DNA from: a virus
Lineage: Duplodnaviria > Caudoviricetes
Length of the DNA: 52,935 bases
Direction: 5' to 3' (one strand)
IMG/VR virus record: IMGVR_UViG_3300034082_003237
Coordinates: 1-52,935 of that record
Of the stretch, positions 15,881 to 26,195 are shown in pieces (position 1 is the first letter of the stretch; each line of letters starts with the position of its first letter). The notes beneath the pieces were generated by a model, which was not told where the DNA came from, made no database searches, and saw nothing but the letters and a program-made list of their open reading frames with translations. Position numbers and translations under genes: made by a program.

Positions 15881-16594
15881 TTAGTTCTCGTACACTCTCC
15901 AATTGCCGAGCTTGCCCTGAGAGTTGTCCATAATCCATTTTGCGAACTTGACATTACAGGAGACATCTTTCAGCCCGTCCATCCTGTTGTCAATTGCCTT
16001 TTCCCCGCAGACCATTGCAACCTTGGACCTCCAGGATGAATTTATTTGAAGGAGGCCAGTGTCGTAGGACTTGTCTTTATTGAGGGCATAGGTCATATTC
16101 CCATTTGCATCCCATTTGGCATTTTGGGCAGCTGGGTTGCACCCGCTCTCGCGCCATGCGATGTAGGAAAATACCTCTACAGGCTCTAGTCCTACATCTT
16201 GAAATAGCGATTCCCATTTAGGGCAACGCTTGGATAAATCGGATGGAATGTTGTACACGGAGCTCATTGGAGGAGAAGGAACATTATTCGTCGGGAGGTT
16301 TAGTGATTTAAGTTTTTCAATGTGTTCACGGCGAGTAATGGAGCCATAATCTCCGTCAACCCTGACGCTTCCGATTGCTCTTTGGAGGTTCATGACTCGT
16401 TTACCTTGCTCGCCAAATGAGTAGTTATCCAGTAATAACTGCTTGGTTTTGGCGTCCTCCATCCTGTCTGGGGTTATCATCGAGACGGCTGGTTGAGGAG
16501 CCAGCATGGCTACCTCCGCCTTTGTCCCACCCGGGATAGAAATCCCTAGGGCTCCAAAAAGTATAGAAATAGACCATCCTGTGATTTGCTTCAA
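15881..16594 (-). CDS. Secreted lytic transglycosylase (SLT) with a PG-binding-like segment
   Basis: Signal peptide; V..LQRAIG...DGDYG..T; IAWRESGC.P.A.N...D.GLLQIN. Confidence 0.85.
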   Translation of the reverse strand: MKQITGWSISILFGALGISIPGGTKAEVAMLAPQPAVSMITPDRMEDAKTKQLLLDNYSFGEQGKRVMNLQRAIGSVRVDGDYGSITRREHIEKLKSLNLPTNNVPSPPMSSVYNIPSDLSKRCPKWESLFQDVGLEPVEVFSYIAWRESGCNPAAQNAKWDANGNMTYALNKDKSYDTGLLQINSSWRSKVAMVCGEKAIDNRMDGLKDVSCNVKFAKWIMDNSQGKLGNWRVYEN

Positions 16595-16732
16595 TTTTTT
16601 TCTCCTGAACTCGGCGGATAGGGCAACAGGTTGTAGTAACTAACCTGCCTATGTCAGTATCGGGTACTTCAATATTACCAAATTATTTGGCGGTTGCAAC
16701 CTCAGCGATTGTTTAACTCTTGACGAGTATCC

Positions 16733-17002
16733 CTAATCCCCAATAACCGTACGGGATTGGAGGCTCGTAATAAATTTTTCAAAATCTTCTAAATTGACTG
16801 AAGTTTTGAATGAATTTTCGGAAACAACGTCGTAAATATCAAGATTTAGCGACTGAACAACAATGCTGGCAATGTCACCACAGTTGTTCGATGCTTCTTC
16901 GACATCGTCGTCACTCATGTCGTCATCTACGTAGAAATACAAAAGGACCCCTGCTATATGCTCAACCAGGTTTAGCCGTGCTTCTTCTTTTGTTGTTGTC
17001 AT
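16733..17002 (-). CDS. Acidic hypothetical protein, ~89 aa
   Basis: Start taken at MTTTK to avoid overlap with ssb. Confidence 0.6.
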   Translation of the reverse strand: MTTTKEEARLNLVEHIAGVLLYFYVDDDMSDDDVEEASNNCGDIASIVVQSLNLDIYDVVSENSFKTSVNLEDFEKFITSLQSRTVIGD

Positions 17003-17084
17003 AAGTTGCATTCTATCACCAGCGGTGCTAAAGTTGCACTTGTCGCAGTCGTCCGACTTCGGCACACGTAAACCAAGGAGAGAA

Positions 17085-17561
17085 ATGAACCCAGCACCAA
17101 CGGTGATTATCGGCAACGTTACGGCGGAACCGGAACTCACTTTCACATCAAATGGACAGGCACGCCTGTCGTTTTCAGTAGCCGCAAACTATGTTTGGTA
17201 CGACCAGGCAGGCGAGAAGCAGGAAAAGGTGTCCTTTTTCAATATCGTCGCATGGCGCTACACAGCAGAAAATGCTGCAAAGACACTGGAAAAAGGAATC
17301 GGCGTAATCGTGACTGGACGCCTAGAGCAGCGGTCATGGGAAGAAAAAGAAACGGGCAACAAGCGCTCAACTGTAGAAGTTATTGCGGATGAAATTGCAA
17401 TTAACACTCGCAGCATTGAGGAAGTTACTCGACGCACCAAGCAGGACGGCGCTCAAGCACAGGGCGGTTCATCTGCTCCGGCTCAACGTCGCTCAAAGCC
17501 AGCATCCGCTAGTCGTCAGCCAGTTGGCGTCGGCGCTGATGGCGAATCAGAACCATTCTGA
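17085..17561 (+). CDS. ssb: Single-stranded DNA-binding protein
   Basis: IIGNVTAEPEL...GRLEQRSW OB fold; acidic EPF C-terminus; AAGGAG RBS. Confidence 0.95.
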   Translation: MNPAPTVIIGNVTAEPELTFTSNGQARLSFSVAANYVWYDQAGEKQEKVSFFNIVAWRYTAENAAKTLEKGIGVIVTGRLEQRSWEEKETGNKRSTVEVIADEIAINTRSIEEVTRRTKQDGAQAQGGSSAPAQRRSKPASASRQPVGVGADGESEPF

Positions 17562-17582
17562 TTCATTTTTTTTAAATAAACA

Positions 17583-17627
17583 AACCCTCGTTAAATCTGC
17601 GCCGAGACGCAGAAACGGGGGTTTTTT
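17583..17627. terminator. Bidirectional terminator after ssb
   Basis: AACCCTCGTT...AACGGGGGTT stem + T7. Confidence 0.7.
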
Positions 17628-17808
17628 ATTTTCTCGACTTATTCAACATTTTTGTTAAGGCATCTCCATCGAATGGTATTGCCATTGATTCAAGCTGATT
17701 TTGTGCATCCAGCAACATATCTATTACGCTCTCCACGGATATGGTTGATTGTGGTTCTTCAACTAGGCGCTTTGAGAGTAGGTTAAGGTTTTCGTCTATT
17801 GAGTTCAT
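17626..17808 (-). CDS. Hypothetical protein, 60 aa
   Basis: ORF; DMLLD motif resembles 2346..2510. Confidence 0.6.
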   Translation of the reverse strand: MNSIDENLNLLSKRLVEEPQSTISVESVIDMLLDAQNQLESMAIPFDGDALTKMLNKSRK

Positions 17809-17915
17809 GTGTCAAGTATATGCAGAAATATTGACCGGTGGGTTGCAAATATAATTTTTAGTCACTAATGTCTAAGTCGACCTACAAATAGACGGACATA
17901 AAGGAGTTATTACTA

Positions 17916-18125
17916 ATGTCTGAATACAATAAACTTAAAGACAACGGCCTCAGTCGAGGTCGACGAAAACTGAGTGAAGAAGAACGAGTTCTGCGAAAGC
18001 AAATGAACTCAACCAGACAAGAGGCGCGGAGACGCACACACCTTGTCCTACAGCATCGCCACCAAGATGAATACGATGAAATTTTTGAACAAGAATTCAA
18101 GTCCCTTATCAAAAAGGGCTATTAG
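17916..18125 (+). CDS. Basic hypothetical protein, 69 aa
   Basis: AAGGAG RBS; hairpin follows at ~18137-18177. Confidence 0.7.
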   Translation: MSEYNKLKDNGLSRGRRKLSEEERVLRKQMNSTRQEARRRTHLVLQHRHQDEYDEIFEQEFKSLIKKGY

Positions 18126-18233
18126 ACACATTTCTGACCAGCCGAGTCATCATTTATTTTGTTGGCTTCGGCTGGTTGGACATCATGAACTAGTTCGCCT
18201 GTTTTGAATCTAAAAACAATTTGCGGGGGCTCC

Positions 18234-18434
18234 TCAGGGGTATTCAATGTTCCCACTTTTCATTGAGCCCTTACCCTTTTTTGACGGCTTCATTACCTTG
18301 GACCTGGAATTGCCATAGACGGATTCTAGCCACTCATCGAAATCCTCTACCTCGCCCTGCTTGGAGATGACGTACTTTTCGTATTGTTTTATTAAGCCAA
18401 CCAGCTCGTCATCTTCTTCATCAAATTTTGGCAT
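18234..18434 (-). CDS. Hypothetical protein, 66 aa
   Basis: ORF in operon. Confidence 0.6.
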   Translation of the reverse strand: MPKFDEEDDELVGLIKQYEKYVISKQGEVEDFDEWLESVYGNSRSKVMKPSKKGKGSMKSGNIEYP

Positions 18435-18436
18435 GG

Positions 18437-18946
18437 CTAGTTAGACTTTCGTGCACTTCTTCCAGCCCTTGCCGCTCTTGCAGTATTCGGAACAAATTGA
18501 TTTCCTCTTCTACTGCCCATTATTTTTTTTCTGTTTGTTGCTTTCCTCTGGGCTGGTGTGAGTTTTTCCCATGCTGCGGCAGGAAGGTACCTACGCATCC
18601 CACCAGTTCTGTTCGCCGGTTTTCTATCACTAGTAGTCCATTTTTCTTTGGTCCACTTCTTTAACGACCTTTGAGTTTTGCTGAGTCCTCCGCGATAGCC
18701 GCCTCCAGCTTTTCTGTATTGCACGGCAAGAAGCTGGGCCTTTCGAGCTGACCATTGGCCTGGTTTTCCTCCGTCAGAGCCAGCCAAAATGCGAGACTTA
18801 ATTCGCTCCCTTAATTCCGGCTTGGTATAGGAGCTGTTCGCAGATTTTTCCATAAAACCAGAGTCAAAACTTGCCAAAAATTCACCAACAGAAGCTTCAA
18901 CCCATTCTGGGCCGTATGCTTTTGATTTATCGTTTCTATTTGACAT
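18437..18946 (-). CDS. DUF5872-like basic phage protein
   Basis: YTKPELRERIK...GGKPGQWSARKAQ...Y...GGGY motif. Confidence 0.8.
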   Translation of the reverse strand: MSNRNDKSKAYGPEWVEASVGEFLASFDSGFMEKSANSSYTKPELRERIKSRILAGSDGGKPGQWSARKAQLLAVQYRKAGGGYRGGLSKTQRSLKKWTKEKWTTSDRKPANRTGGMRRYLPAAAWEKLTPAQRKATNRKKIMGSRRGNQFVPNTARAARAGRSARKSN

Positions 18947-19000
18947 TTGTTTCTCCGAATAAAATAATAGGTGATAAAAACGTGGAGAGGTGTTAAGTGT

Positions 19001-19300
19001 TTATTGCAGTCTTTGACCGCATTTTAGACAAGTAACAGACCACGGGTATTTTCTAACCGAAGGGTGTTCGCATTCAAGAAGCGTCTTCGCCTTGGCGTTC
19101 AGAACTTCACGTATCCACGCAGACATTGTCTTCCCATCAACCTCGGCGGCCTGTCTCCATCTTTCTCTAACCTCGCCCGTAGTCCTTATAAGTACAGAAG
19201 TATTGGTTGGGCCGTCGTCTTCTTTTTCTATGGGTCTAACGGACATGTCGTCAGAATCGGCAACCGCCTTCATTGCAGCTTCAAGATTGCTGTCACTCAT
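19001..19300 (-). CDS. Ribbon-helix-helix-like protein with a C-terminal Zn ribbon
   Basis: VLIR...RERWRQAA...TMSAWIRE; CEH...CLKCG. Confidence 0.7.
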   Translation of the reverse strand: MSDSNLEAAMKAVADSDDMSVRPIEKEDDGPTNTSVLIRTTGEVRERWRQAAEVDGKTMSAWIREVLNAKAKTLLECEHPSVRKYPWSVTCLKCGQRLQ

Positions 19301-19934
19301 GTTCGTCCTGCTCCTCGGTTGGTTCCTCTATGGATACTATCTCAGCATCCTCGATGTCTGCTTCCCCGAGCATTTGGCGAACAGCGCTCTCTGGAAGAAC
19401 GCCAGAAATGCCCATTAATTGAAGCAGCTGTCTAGCTTCTGATTCTGGGTCAAATGTGTTTCCTATTTGTTTTAATTGGTCAGAGCCAGCAAGCGTGGCT
19501 TTTATGGTTTCGCTGGTTTTGTTGCCAACATCCATTTGTACGCTGATGTTTGTTTGGTCCATGCCAAGAAGTTTTGTTCTTCTGTCCATTATCGAAAGAA
19601 CTTGCTGTATCGCTTTGAGGTCTGGCTCAACGGCAACCTCTGTACCGTCATCCATGACCTGCCTGCGGTGCTGTGTGAGTGGCCAGATTGCCTGTTGTAG
19701 GCTGTCGAGCCTCTCAAGCTCTAGGCGAAGAACCTCAGGATAAGCCATGAGGGTTTCTCTGTTCATTTTTTCAAGCTGCCTAGATATTGCTTTGGATACT
19801 GCGCTTGTGGTCATTCCAAAACGTCGCGCTATTTCTGACGTCGATGTTCCCGCTTGGCGAAGTTTGAAAATACGCATGTCCCTTTCTCCGAGGAATTCAC
19901 GCGTTGCAATTTTATTGCTTTTGTCTTCGCTCAT
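19293..19934 (-). CDS. HTH DNA-binding protein (possibly terminase small subunit-like)
   Basis: LRQAGTSTSEIARRFG HTH; LERLD.L...RR.KLLG.D. Confidence 0.7.
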   Translation of the reverse strand: MSEDKSNKIATREFLGERDMRIFKLRQAGTSTSEIARRFGMTTSAVSKAISRQLEKMNRETLMAYPEVLRLELERLDSLQQAIWPLTQHRRQVMDDGTEVAVEPDLKAIQQVLSIMDRRTKLLGMDQTNISVQMDVGNKTSETIKATLAGSDQLKQIGNTFDPESEARQLLQLMGISGVLPESAVRQMLGEADIEDAEIVSIEEPTEEQDEHE

Positions 19935-19954
19935 TTCCCTATCTTAGTGAGTTA

Positions 19955-21796
19955 TTAGTCAACTTTCATGAACTCAATCACTTCGAATGGGAATATCTTG
20001 CCCCGTTTGATTTTTAGAGGCCACTGACGCTGGTCCCTGGCGCCCCTAAAGTGCCGTACGTCGTAAACATACGGCTCATTGGCTGTTGGGTCGGGTTGCA
20101 AAGATATACCAAATTCCGGCCAGCGCGACCAAACCGCAGAACCAAATGGACGAAGCTCGCGTGTTGTGACCGTTGTTCCGAGCGGAGCATGATGCTCAAG
20201 CCAAAGCGCACAGCCGTAAACTGTTCTAATCGTGTCAAGATATTTTGCCACCTCAACCGCGATTGCTTCAGACGTTCTTCCACCTGGGTCAACAAATGCT
20301 TTATACAGAGGACCCATAACTAGAATGTCTGGCTTAACACGCTCAATCGCTTCTTCTAGAATCAGTCTGTCCTCTGGTTTGAGCAAGTCCATTCCAGAAG
20401 GCTTGGTTAAAACCTCACCATAAATCCGCGCTACATGGCCTCTTCGCATGGCCTGTGTGACAATTGCAGAGGACGCTCTTCTGATGATTCTTTCTGGGTT
20501 TTCAAGGTCAACTGTAAGTGTGGTTACTGGTTTCATTTGTCCGTAGGTGAATGGATGAACTCCTGCGGCGGCGCAAAGCGCGACCTGTCTCGCAAGCATC
20601 GTTTTTCCGACACCTTCCGCGGCAACAACGATTACTCGCTCCCCTCTTTCTAGGAGACCAGGGATAACCCAGTCGTAGGAATCATCAACCTGCTCTGAAA
20701 TAAAATCATTCCACTGAACGAGTCTGCCCGGGTCGGTTATTTGTTTGGATGTTGTTGCCGAGAGAATCATCGACACCTTGGAAATAATTTGACCAGAGCT
20801 GAGGTCATCTCTTACAAAAAGGTCTTGAATCTTTGTTAAAGCAGAGTCATATATCGATTCTGTTTTTTCTTCAACCGGTTCGTTGTTATCTTTTGGACCA
20901 TTCTCAATATTTTCGGCGTTGTCGATACCATCAATGTATTCAGAGGACGGTTCTGACGTTGGAGAAAATGCTACGAGCGTCTCAAATGTTTCTCCAGAAT
21001 TGAGGTGGTCGGTAATATCTTTTTTTTCTGGGCAAATCCAGGCCTGAACATCGCATCCAGCAATGGTGAGAACATTAAGCAACTTCGCTGCATGCTCCAA
21101 TCCGGGCGAGTCGTTGTCTGCAACGATGTCAACGACAGCACCAGCAAGAGCTTCGGTGTGTATGTCGAGCCAGTGCCCAGCCCCACCAGGCATTGTCGTG
21201 GCGACATAGCCGAGAGCCGTGAGTGTGTCTACATCCTTTTCGCCTTCGACAACCCATATTGGAGTTCCAGACTCTTTCGCAGCAAGAACTGCTGGCAGGT
21301 TGTAGAGAATTTTAGGAACTTCCGAAAGCGAGTATGACCATCCACCATTCTCAACTGGTTTTCTCTGTCGAAAAGTCTTGACTCCATCTTGATTTACGTA
21401 TCTGACTTTTTGAAATAACAATTCACCGGATTCGTCAATGTAGTCATAGGAACAGACAAATTTAAGGTCATCTTTGACAATCGGTTTTGGTGCTTGCTTT
21501 GGCGTTTGCTGTTTGTCTTTTTTTACAATCGACTTTTCATAAATTGTGCTCGTGCCATTTTGCGGCATTATGTCAGATATGGAAAGACCTACCGACGCGC
21601 ATATTTCTGCAGCATCGCACCCATTACCTCTGTGGCAATGAACGAGTACTCGGCCATCAGTCCCCTCGCTGACAGAGAGGGACGGGTTGTTGTCATCGTT
21701 GCGGCACGGGCAGCGAGCCATGAAGTTGCCACCGCTTTGGCGTACACCGTCAAGCCGGTCTAAGAAGTTTTGGACAATTGGCCCGGGAGCATTCAT
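19955..21796 (-). CDS. Primase-helicase (Zn-binding + TOPRIM + RepA/AAA_25 helicase)
   Basis: CPC..D..PSL...C; VEGEKD, ADND..G; AAEGVGKT; DLEN; EHH. Confidence 0.9.
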   Translation of the reverse strand: MNAPGPIVQNFLDRLDGVRQSGGNFMARCPCRNDDNNPSLSVSEGTDGRVLVHCHRGNGCDAAEICASVGLSISDIMPQNGTSTIYEKSIVKKDKQQTPKQAPKPIVKDDLKFVCSYDYIDESGELLFQKVRYVNQDGVKTFRQRKPVENGGWSYSLSEVPKILYNLPAVLAAKESGTPIWVVEGEKDVDTLTALGYVATTMPGGAGHWLDIHTEALAGAVVDIVADNDSPGLEHAAKLLNVLTIAGCDVQAWICPEKKDITDHLNSGETFETLVAFSPTSEPSSEYIDGIDNAENIENGPKDNNEPVEEKTESIYDSALTKIQDLFVRDDLSSGQIISKVSMILSATTSKQITDPGRLVQWNDFISEQVDDSYDWVIPGLLERGERVIVVAAEGVGKTMLARQVALCAAAGVHPFTYGQMKPVTTLTVDLENPERIIRRASSAIVTQAMRRGHVARIYGEVLTKPSGMDLLKPEDRLILEEAIERVKPDILVMGPLYKAFVDPGGRTSEAIAVEVAKYLDTIRTVYGCALWLEHHAPLGTTVTTRELRPFGSAVWSRWPEFGISLQPDPTANEPYVYDVRHFRGARDQRQWPLKIKRGKIFPFEVIEFMKVD

Positions 21797-22185
21797 TGTG
21801 TTTCTCGTAACGCTCTTTTTATGGCAGCGTCCTTGAGCCTGTAATTTCCTTTGTAGGCATATCCGTTAGCGTTCCTTCGACCTATCCCTGGAAGAAAGAT
21901 TCGCGCTTCGCGAGAAAGGGTAATTCCCTCATTGCTTCTGATTAGGGCTCTTTCCGATTCTGTTTTCCCACCCCAAATACCGATTGGCTCATGTCTCAGT
22001 GAGTACTCAAGGCAGTGTTCTTGACTGGCGCATGAGTTGCATAACTCAATGGCTTCTTTTGTATCAGCCCTGTATTTCTCCCACTGCCCGCGCGGTAGTC
22101 CCTTTTCGATTATCGGAAACCATTTGTCAACATCGTGCCCTTTGCAATTTCCTTCGGCTGGTGGCGCATCGCAGTTTTGCAACAA
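21793..22185 (-). CDS. whiB: WhiB-family transcription factor (second copy)
   Basis: C...CNSC-x5-C and GIWGG. Confidence 0.85.
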   Translation of the reverse strand: MLQNCDAPPAEGNCKGHDVDKWFPIIEKGLPRGQWEKYRADTKEAIELCNSCASQEHCLEYSLRHEPIGIWGGKTESERALIRSNEGITLSREARIFLPGIGRRNANGYAYKGNYRLKDAAIKRALRETQ

Positions 22186-22194
22186 TTTGACTCC

Positions 22195-22617
22195 TTAGGT
22201 CGGGTTAGGTTTGGTTATCCTAGCGACGTCGGATGAGGAAAGAAATACCAGAGCGTGTTTTACTACAAGATTTCCAGAGATGTCTGTTGCAACGATATCG
22301 ATTGCTTCCAAGGGTATTTTAAACCTTGAAGCAATTGCTGCTTTCATTTTGCTTATATCGATTTCTTCTTCAACAAATTTTATATTGTCGTCGATGTTTG
22401 CTAGGACGGCCCCAGCTGTCAGAGCCTTCATTACTCCATCTTTTTGAACTGCGCGAAGACACCATGCGCAAGCTAATTTTGGGGTCGATGCAGCACGTGC
22501 GCGAGTTTCTGTATGCCCGCATGAAAGCAGGTGTCTATATTCGACTTTTCCCCATGCACCCTCGCGGGTGATTTGGACCACGTCTTGGCGTGGTGCTTTG
22601 CGATGTTCGGTTGTCAC
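22195..22617 (-). CDS. Zn-finger hypothetical protein, 140 aa
   Basis: LSCGH...CAWC. Confidence 0.7.
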   Translation of the reverse strand: MTTEHRKAPRQDVVQITREGAWGKVEYRHLLSCGHTETRARAASTPKLACAWCLRAVQKDGVMKALTAGAVLANIDDNIKFVEEEIDISKMKAAIASRFKIPLEAIDIVATDISGNLVVKHALVFLSSSDVARITKPNPT

Positions 22618-22644
22618 AGCCCACCATTATGGTGGAAAACTAAG

Positions 22645-22905
22645 TTACTTTGAGAGACCCTTAAAGAACTTTCGCAACCATTTTTTTACGCCACGAGCAT
22701 CAACGGAAACCTGTGACGGAATGCTGTCGATTAACTTCTCGATTTTGTCTGCATGCTCGGCAATTTGCTTAGCTGCAATTTCTTCAACGAAATCCTCCGC
22801 TTTGGAGAAAGTGCTTTTTGGCGCAGCCTTTTTTGCAGCTGGCTTTGCAGCAGTCTTTTTAGCAGGAGCCTTCTTTGATGTTGTCTTTTTCTTTGATGTT
22901 GCCAT
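22645..22905 (-). CDS. Protein with a histone H1-like Lys/Ala-rich N-terminus
   Basis: KKAPAKKTAAKPAAKKAAPK. Confidence 0.7.
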   Translation of the reverse strand: MATSKKKTTSKKAPAKKTAAKPAAKKAAPKSTFSKAEDFVEEIAAKQIAEHADKIEKLIDSIPSQVSVDARGVKKWLRKFFKGLSK

Positions 22906-22980
22906 AGACTAAACACTAGCAAACCCTCAACGGCGACAGCGTAACTACCTCCCCTGCCGCGAGGCGGCCCAGCGTAGGCT

Positions 22981-23634
22981 GTGAAGGTGGAAGGTTCATA
23001 TGACAACGATTATAGTAAAATTGCCCTTGCTATAACGGCGGCCCAATTAGCCAAATCCACCAGCGTGAAAGAGTTTGGCATCGGGGAGGACCTTTCAATC
23101 AACTTCTTTGGCTGGGAGCGTGACGAACTGGTGATTGTGTGCCAAATGAGGCAGGATTTGATGAAGATAGACCCAGAGGAGCGTTTGGCCCGCTGTGCGG
23201 AGCTCTGCGCCGTTCTGAGGCGATACTGGGGCGTGTCGTCGATAACCATGGTTGCTGAGGGGTACTGTTCTGCGGATATGGCAGAGACGGAAGGCCTAGC
23301 TCTATCCGACGCCTTTTTGGATGCTTCAAAGCCGGTAAAAGAGTGCATTACCGTAACCAACGTAACCCTTGATAAAAAGGCCGTAAATGACAACGGTTTT
23401 GTGACAACCATTCTTGCCGTCCCCTACTCCTACGAGCTTGGCAGAACCTTGAAGTGGTTTGACACCCTTATCTATACAAACGGCGGGGGAAAGAATTTTA
23501 GGAACTCAAAATACCCTCAGTCAATGAGACGGGCACTAAAGAACAAAATCGTTGAAGGTCTTCCAAATGAGGCCTACGATGAGCTAAGGGGCCTAATAAA
23601 AATGAATGGATTTCATATACAGGAATTTTATTAA
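22981..23634 (+). CDS. Hypothetical protein, 217 aa
   Basis: Long ORF with GTG start. Confidence 0.7.
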   Translation: MKVEGSYDNDYSKIALAITAAQLAKSTSVKEFGIGEDLSINFFGWERDELVIVCQMRQDLMKIDPEERLARCAELCAVLRRYWGVSSITMVAEGYCSADMAETEGLALSDAFLDASKPVKECITVTNVTLDKKAVNDNGFVTTILAVPYSYELGRTLKWFDTLIYTNGGGKNFRNSKYPQSMRRALKNKIVEGLPNEAYDELRGLIKMNGFHIQEFY

Positions 23635-23650
23635 AGTATAATTATCGCAT

Positions 23651-23989
23651 ATGCCATTTTATGACAACTCCTACGACGACATGTATGGTCGTTCGCGAAA
23701 CCTTTTTGATAATGTAACAATTCTCCCTGCGGACAGGAGTCCTTGCCTCGTGTGCGGTCACCCAACAGGGGATTGCGCTGGTGGCGATTCTTCGCACACA
23801 AGGATATCTGGATTTGGGTTATCTGACTCCCTCAAGGTTGTCCAAACCTATCTAGTTGAAGAGGACATCCACGAAGAGAGACAAATAACACCATCTATAA
23901 AAACAAAAGTTCTGTTGCACAAGAAGGGCAAGCAGATACCATATGCCGAAGCCGAGAGACTTGGGTTAATTAAAAACTGGTCAAAATAA
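23651..23989 (+). CDS. Hypothetical protein with a CxxCGHxxxxC motif
   Basis: ORF in operon. Confidence 0.7.
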   Translation: MPFYDNSYDDMYGRSRNLFDNVTILPADRSPCLVCGHPTGDCAGGDSSHTRISGFGLSDSLKVVQTYLVEEDIHEERQITPSIKTKVLLHKKGKQIPYAEAERLGLIKNWSK

Positions 23990-24080
23990 GAGCAAAGTTA
24001 CTACGACTTTAGACCCTTTCAGTATTCTCGGTTAAGTTAAAATCGATACCTACTCAAACCACTATCACACAGGAAAAATC

Positions 24081-26006
24081 ATGACTTCGCTTGACCAATC
24101 GTTCGTAGATTCGTATTCCCAAAAACAGGCTCCATGGGGCTTTAACGGCATGGGAGAAATCGTTTTTCTCCGCACATACAGCCGCAAAAAAGAAGATGGC
24201 AACAACGAAACTTGGACAGAAACTCTTCAGCGAGTAATCAACGGCGCGATGGAGGTCGGTGTTGATTACACAAAAGAAGAAGCGGAAGCGCTTTTTGACC
24301 ATTGCTTTAATCTTCGTTGTTCTTTTTCGGGCCGTTCGCTTTGGCAACTAGGAACACCACTTGTTCAGAAGTTCAACGCAACTTCGCTAAATAACTGCTA
24401 CTTCACCAACATCGAAAAAATTGAAGACTTCGAACTCTTGTTTGAATACCTCATGCTCGGTGGCGGTGTGGGTTTCTCTGTAGAGCGTTCGAAGATTCAC
24501 GACTTACCAAAGGTTAAGTTGGGTGTAACAATCACACACGAACGTAGTAACGATGCAGACATTATTGTCCCTGACTCGCGTCAAGGCTGGAAGCGACTTC
24601 TTCACGCAGTATTGAAGTCATACTTTGATACGGGCAAGTCGTTCTCGTATTCAACAGTTCTCATTCGTGAATATGGCGCACCGTTGAAGACATTTGGCGG
24701 CACCGCATCTGGTCCTGGAGCACTAATTGATGGAATTGCGGATATTGCGAAAGTAATGCAGAACCGTGAGGGCAAGAAACTCCGTTCGATTGATGTGCTC
24801 GATATTTGCAACATCATTGGCCGCATTGTCGTCTCTGGTTCATCACGCCGTTCAGCGCAGATTGCAATGGGCGACCCGGATGACGTTCTTTTCCTTCGTG
24901 CAAAAAATTGGGCATCTGGGAATATTCCAGCATGGAGAGCCAACTCAAACAACTCCATTTACGCCGACCACTACGACGAAATTATGACCGAACTCTGGAA
25001 GGGGTACGACGGAACCGGCGAGCCTTACGGTTTGTTGAATCGTCGACTTGCTCGCAAGTTCGGAAGACTTGGTGAGGCCAAGCCTGACAACTCAATTGAG
25101 GGTTTTAATCCATGTGCAGAAATTGCGCTAGCAGATGGAGAGTCGTGCAACTTGGCAACCATATTCTTGCCTAACGTTGAGTCGCTTGAGCAATTTAAAG
25201 AAATCTCTCGTTTGCTTTACAAGACGCAAAAACAAATTACTCGCATGGCGTATCCGTACGAGAAGACCACAAGTATCGTCAGCAAGAACGCGCGACTCGG
25301 ACAGTCGGTAACAGGAATCCTCCAGTGTTCAGAAGAACAGGTTTCGTGGCTATCTCCTGCCTACGAGTACCTGCAGGAATTTGACAAGCAGTACTCAGCA
25401 GAGCGCGGATGGCCAGCATCGGTTCGTTTGACGACGGTTCAGCCATCAGGAACGCTTTCATTGCTTCCTGGAGTAACTCCTGGAATCCACCCTGCATTTG
25501 CTCCGTACTATGTGAGACGTGTTCGCTTCGGTTCGTCTGACCCGCTTGTCGAGGCTTGCCGCAAGCGTGGATACAAGATTCAGTGGGATATTGGGATTGA
25601 TGGTCGAGAGGACCACACTCGCTATGTTGTGGATTTCCCATGCATGTCGCCAGAGGGTTCGGTGCTCGCCTCAGCAATGACGGCAATCGAACAGCTTGAA
25701 TGGGTTAAGAAGATGCAAACAGAGTGGGCAGATAATGCCGTATCTGTGACCGTCTATTACCGCAAAGAGGAACTTGGGGAAATCCAGGAATGGCTTTCAA
25801 AGAACTACGACAAGAGCGTTAAGTCAGTTTCGTTCTTGTTGCACGTTGACCATAACTTCTCGTTGCCTCCATATGAAGAAATCACCAAGGACGAGTACAA
25901 CAAGATGCTTGCCAAGGTTGATTTCTCCACACCACTGCAAGATGTGACTTTTATGGGTGATTTAGACCTCGACAATTGCGCAACTGGTGCCTGTCCGATA
26001 AAGTAA
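24081..26006 (+). CDS. nrdJ: Class II (adenosylcobalamin-dependent) ribonucleotide reductase
   Basis: RTYSR, NNC, NPCAEI, CNL, TTVQPSGT, C-terminal CATGACP. Confidence 0.95.
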   Translation: MTSLDQSFVDSYSQKQAPWGFNGMGEIVFLRTYSRKKEDGNNETWTETLQRVINGAMEVGVDYTKEEAEALFDHCFNLRCSFSGRSLWQLGTPLVQKFNATSLNNCYFTNIEKIEDFELLFEYLMLGGGVGFSVERSKIHDLPKVKLGVTITHERSNDADIIVPDSRQGWKRLLHAVLKSYFDTGKSFSYSTVLIREYGAPLKTFGGTASGPGALIDGIADIAKVMQNREGKKLRSIDVLDICNIIGRIVVSGSSRRSAQIAMGDPDDVLFLRAKNWASGNIPAWRANSNNSIYADHYDEIMTELWKGYDGTGEPYGLLNRRLARKFGRLGEAKPDNSIEGFNPCAEIALADGESCNLATIFLPNVESLEQFKEISRLLYKTQKQITRMAYPYEKTTSIVSKNARLGQSVTGILQCSEEQVSWLSPAYEYLQEFDKQYSAERGWPASVRLTTVQPSGTLSLLPGVTPGIHPAFAPYYVRRVRFGSSDPLVEACRKRGYKIQWDIGIDGREDHTRYVVDFPCMSPEGSVLASAMTAIEQLEWVKKMQTEWADNAVSVTVYYRKEELGEIQEWLSKNYDKSVKSVSFLLHVDHNFSLPPYEEITKDEYNKMLAKVDFSTPLQDVTFMGDLDLDNCATGACPIK

Positions 26007-26013
26007 AGGACAT

Positions 26014-26086
26014 GCGTCGGTGGCCAAACGGATAAGGCAACAGACTTCTAATCTGTAGACTGTAGGTTCGAGTCCTACCCGACGCG
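26014..26086 (+). tRNA. tRNA-Arg(TCT)
   Basis: Cloverleaf; anticodon arm ACAGA-CTTCTAA-TCTGT; GGTTCGAGTCC. Confidence 0.92.
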
Positions 26087-26107
26087 CACTAGTATTAGTT
26101 AAACCAC

Positions 26108-26194
26108 GGAACGGTGGCAGAGTGGACAAACGCATCCGCCTTGAAAGCGGACGGCTCAAAAGGCCCGGGGGTTCGAATCCCTCCCGTTCCTCCA
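26108..26194 (+). tRNA. tRNA-Ser(TGA)
   Basis: Long variable arm; TCCGC-CTTGAAA-GCGGA; encoded CCA. Confidence 0.92.
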
Positions 26195-26195
26195 C

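Noticed and set aside
20775-20810. LSSG in the primase-helicase (also one near the end of 34684..36714)
   Set aside because: Single isolated occurrences are compatible with chance and were not counted.
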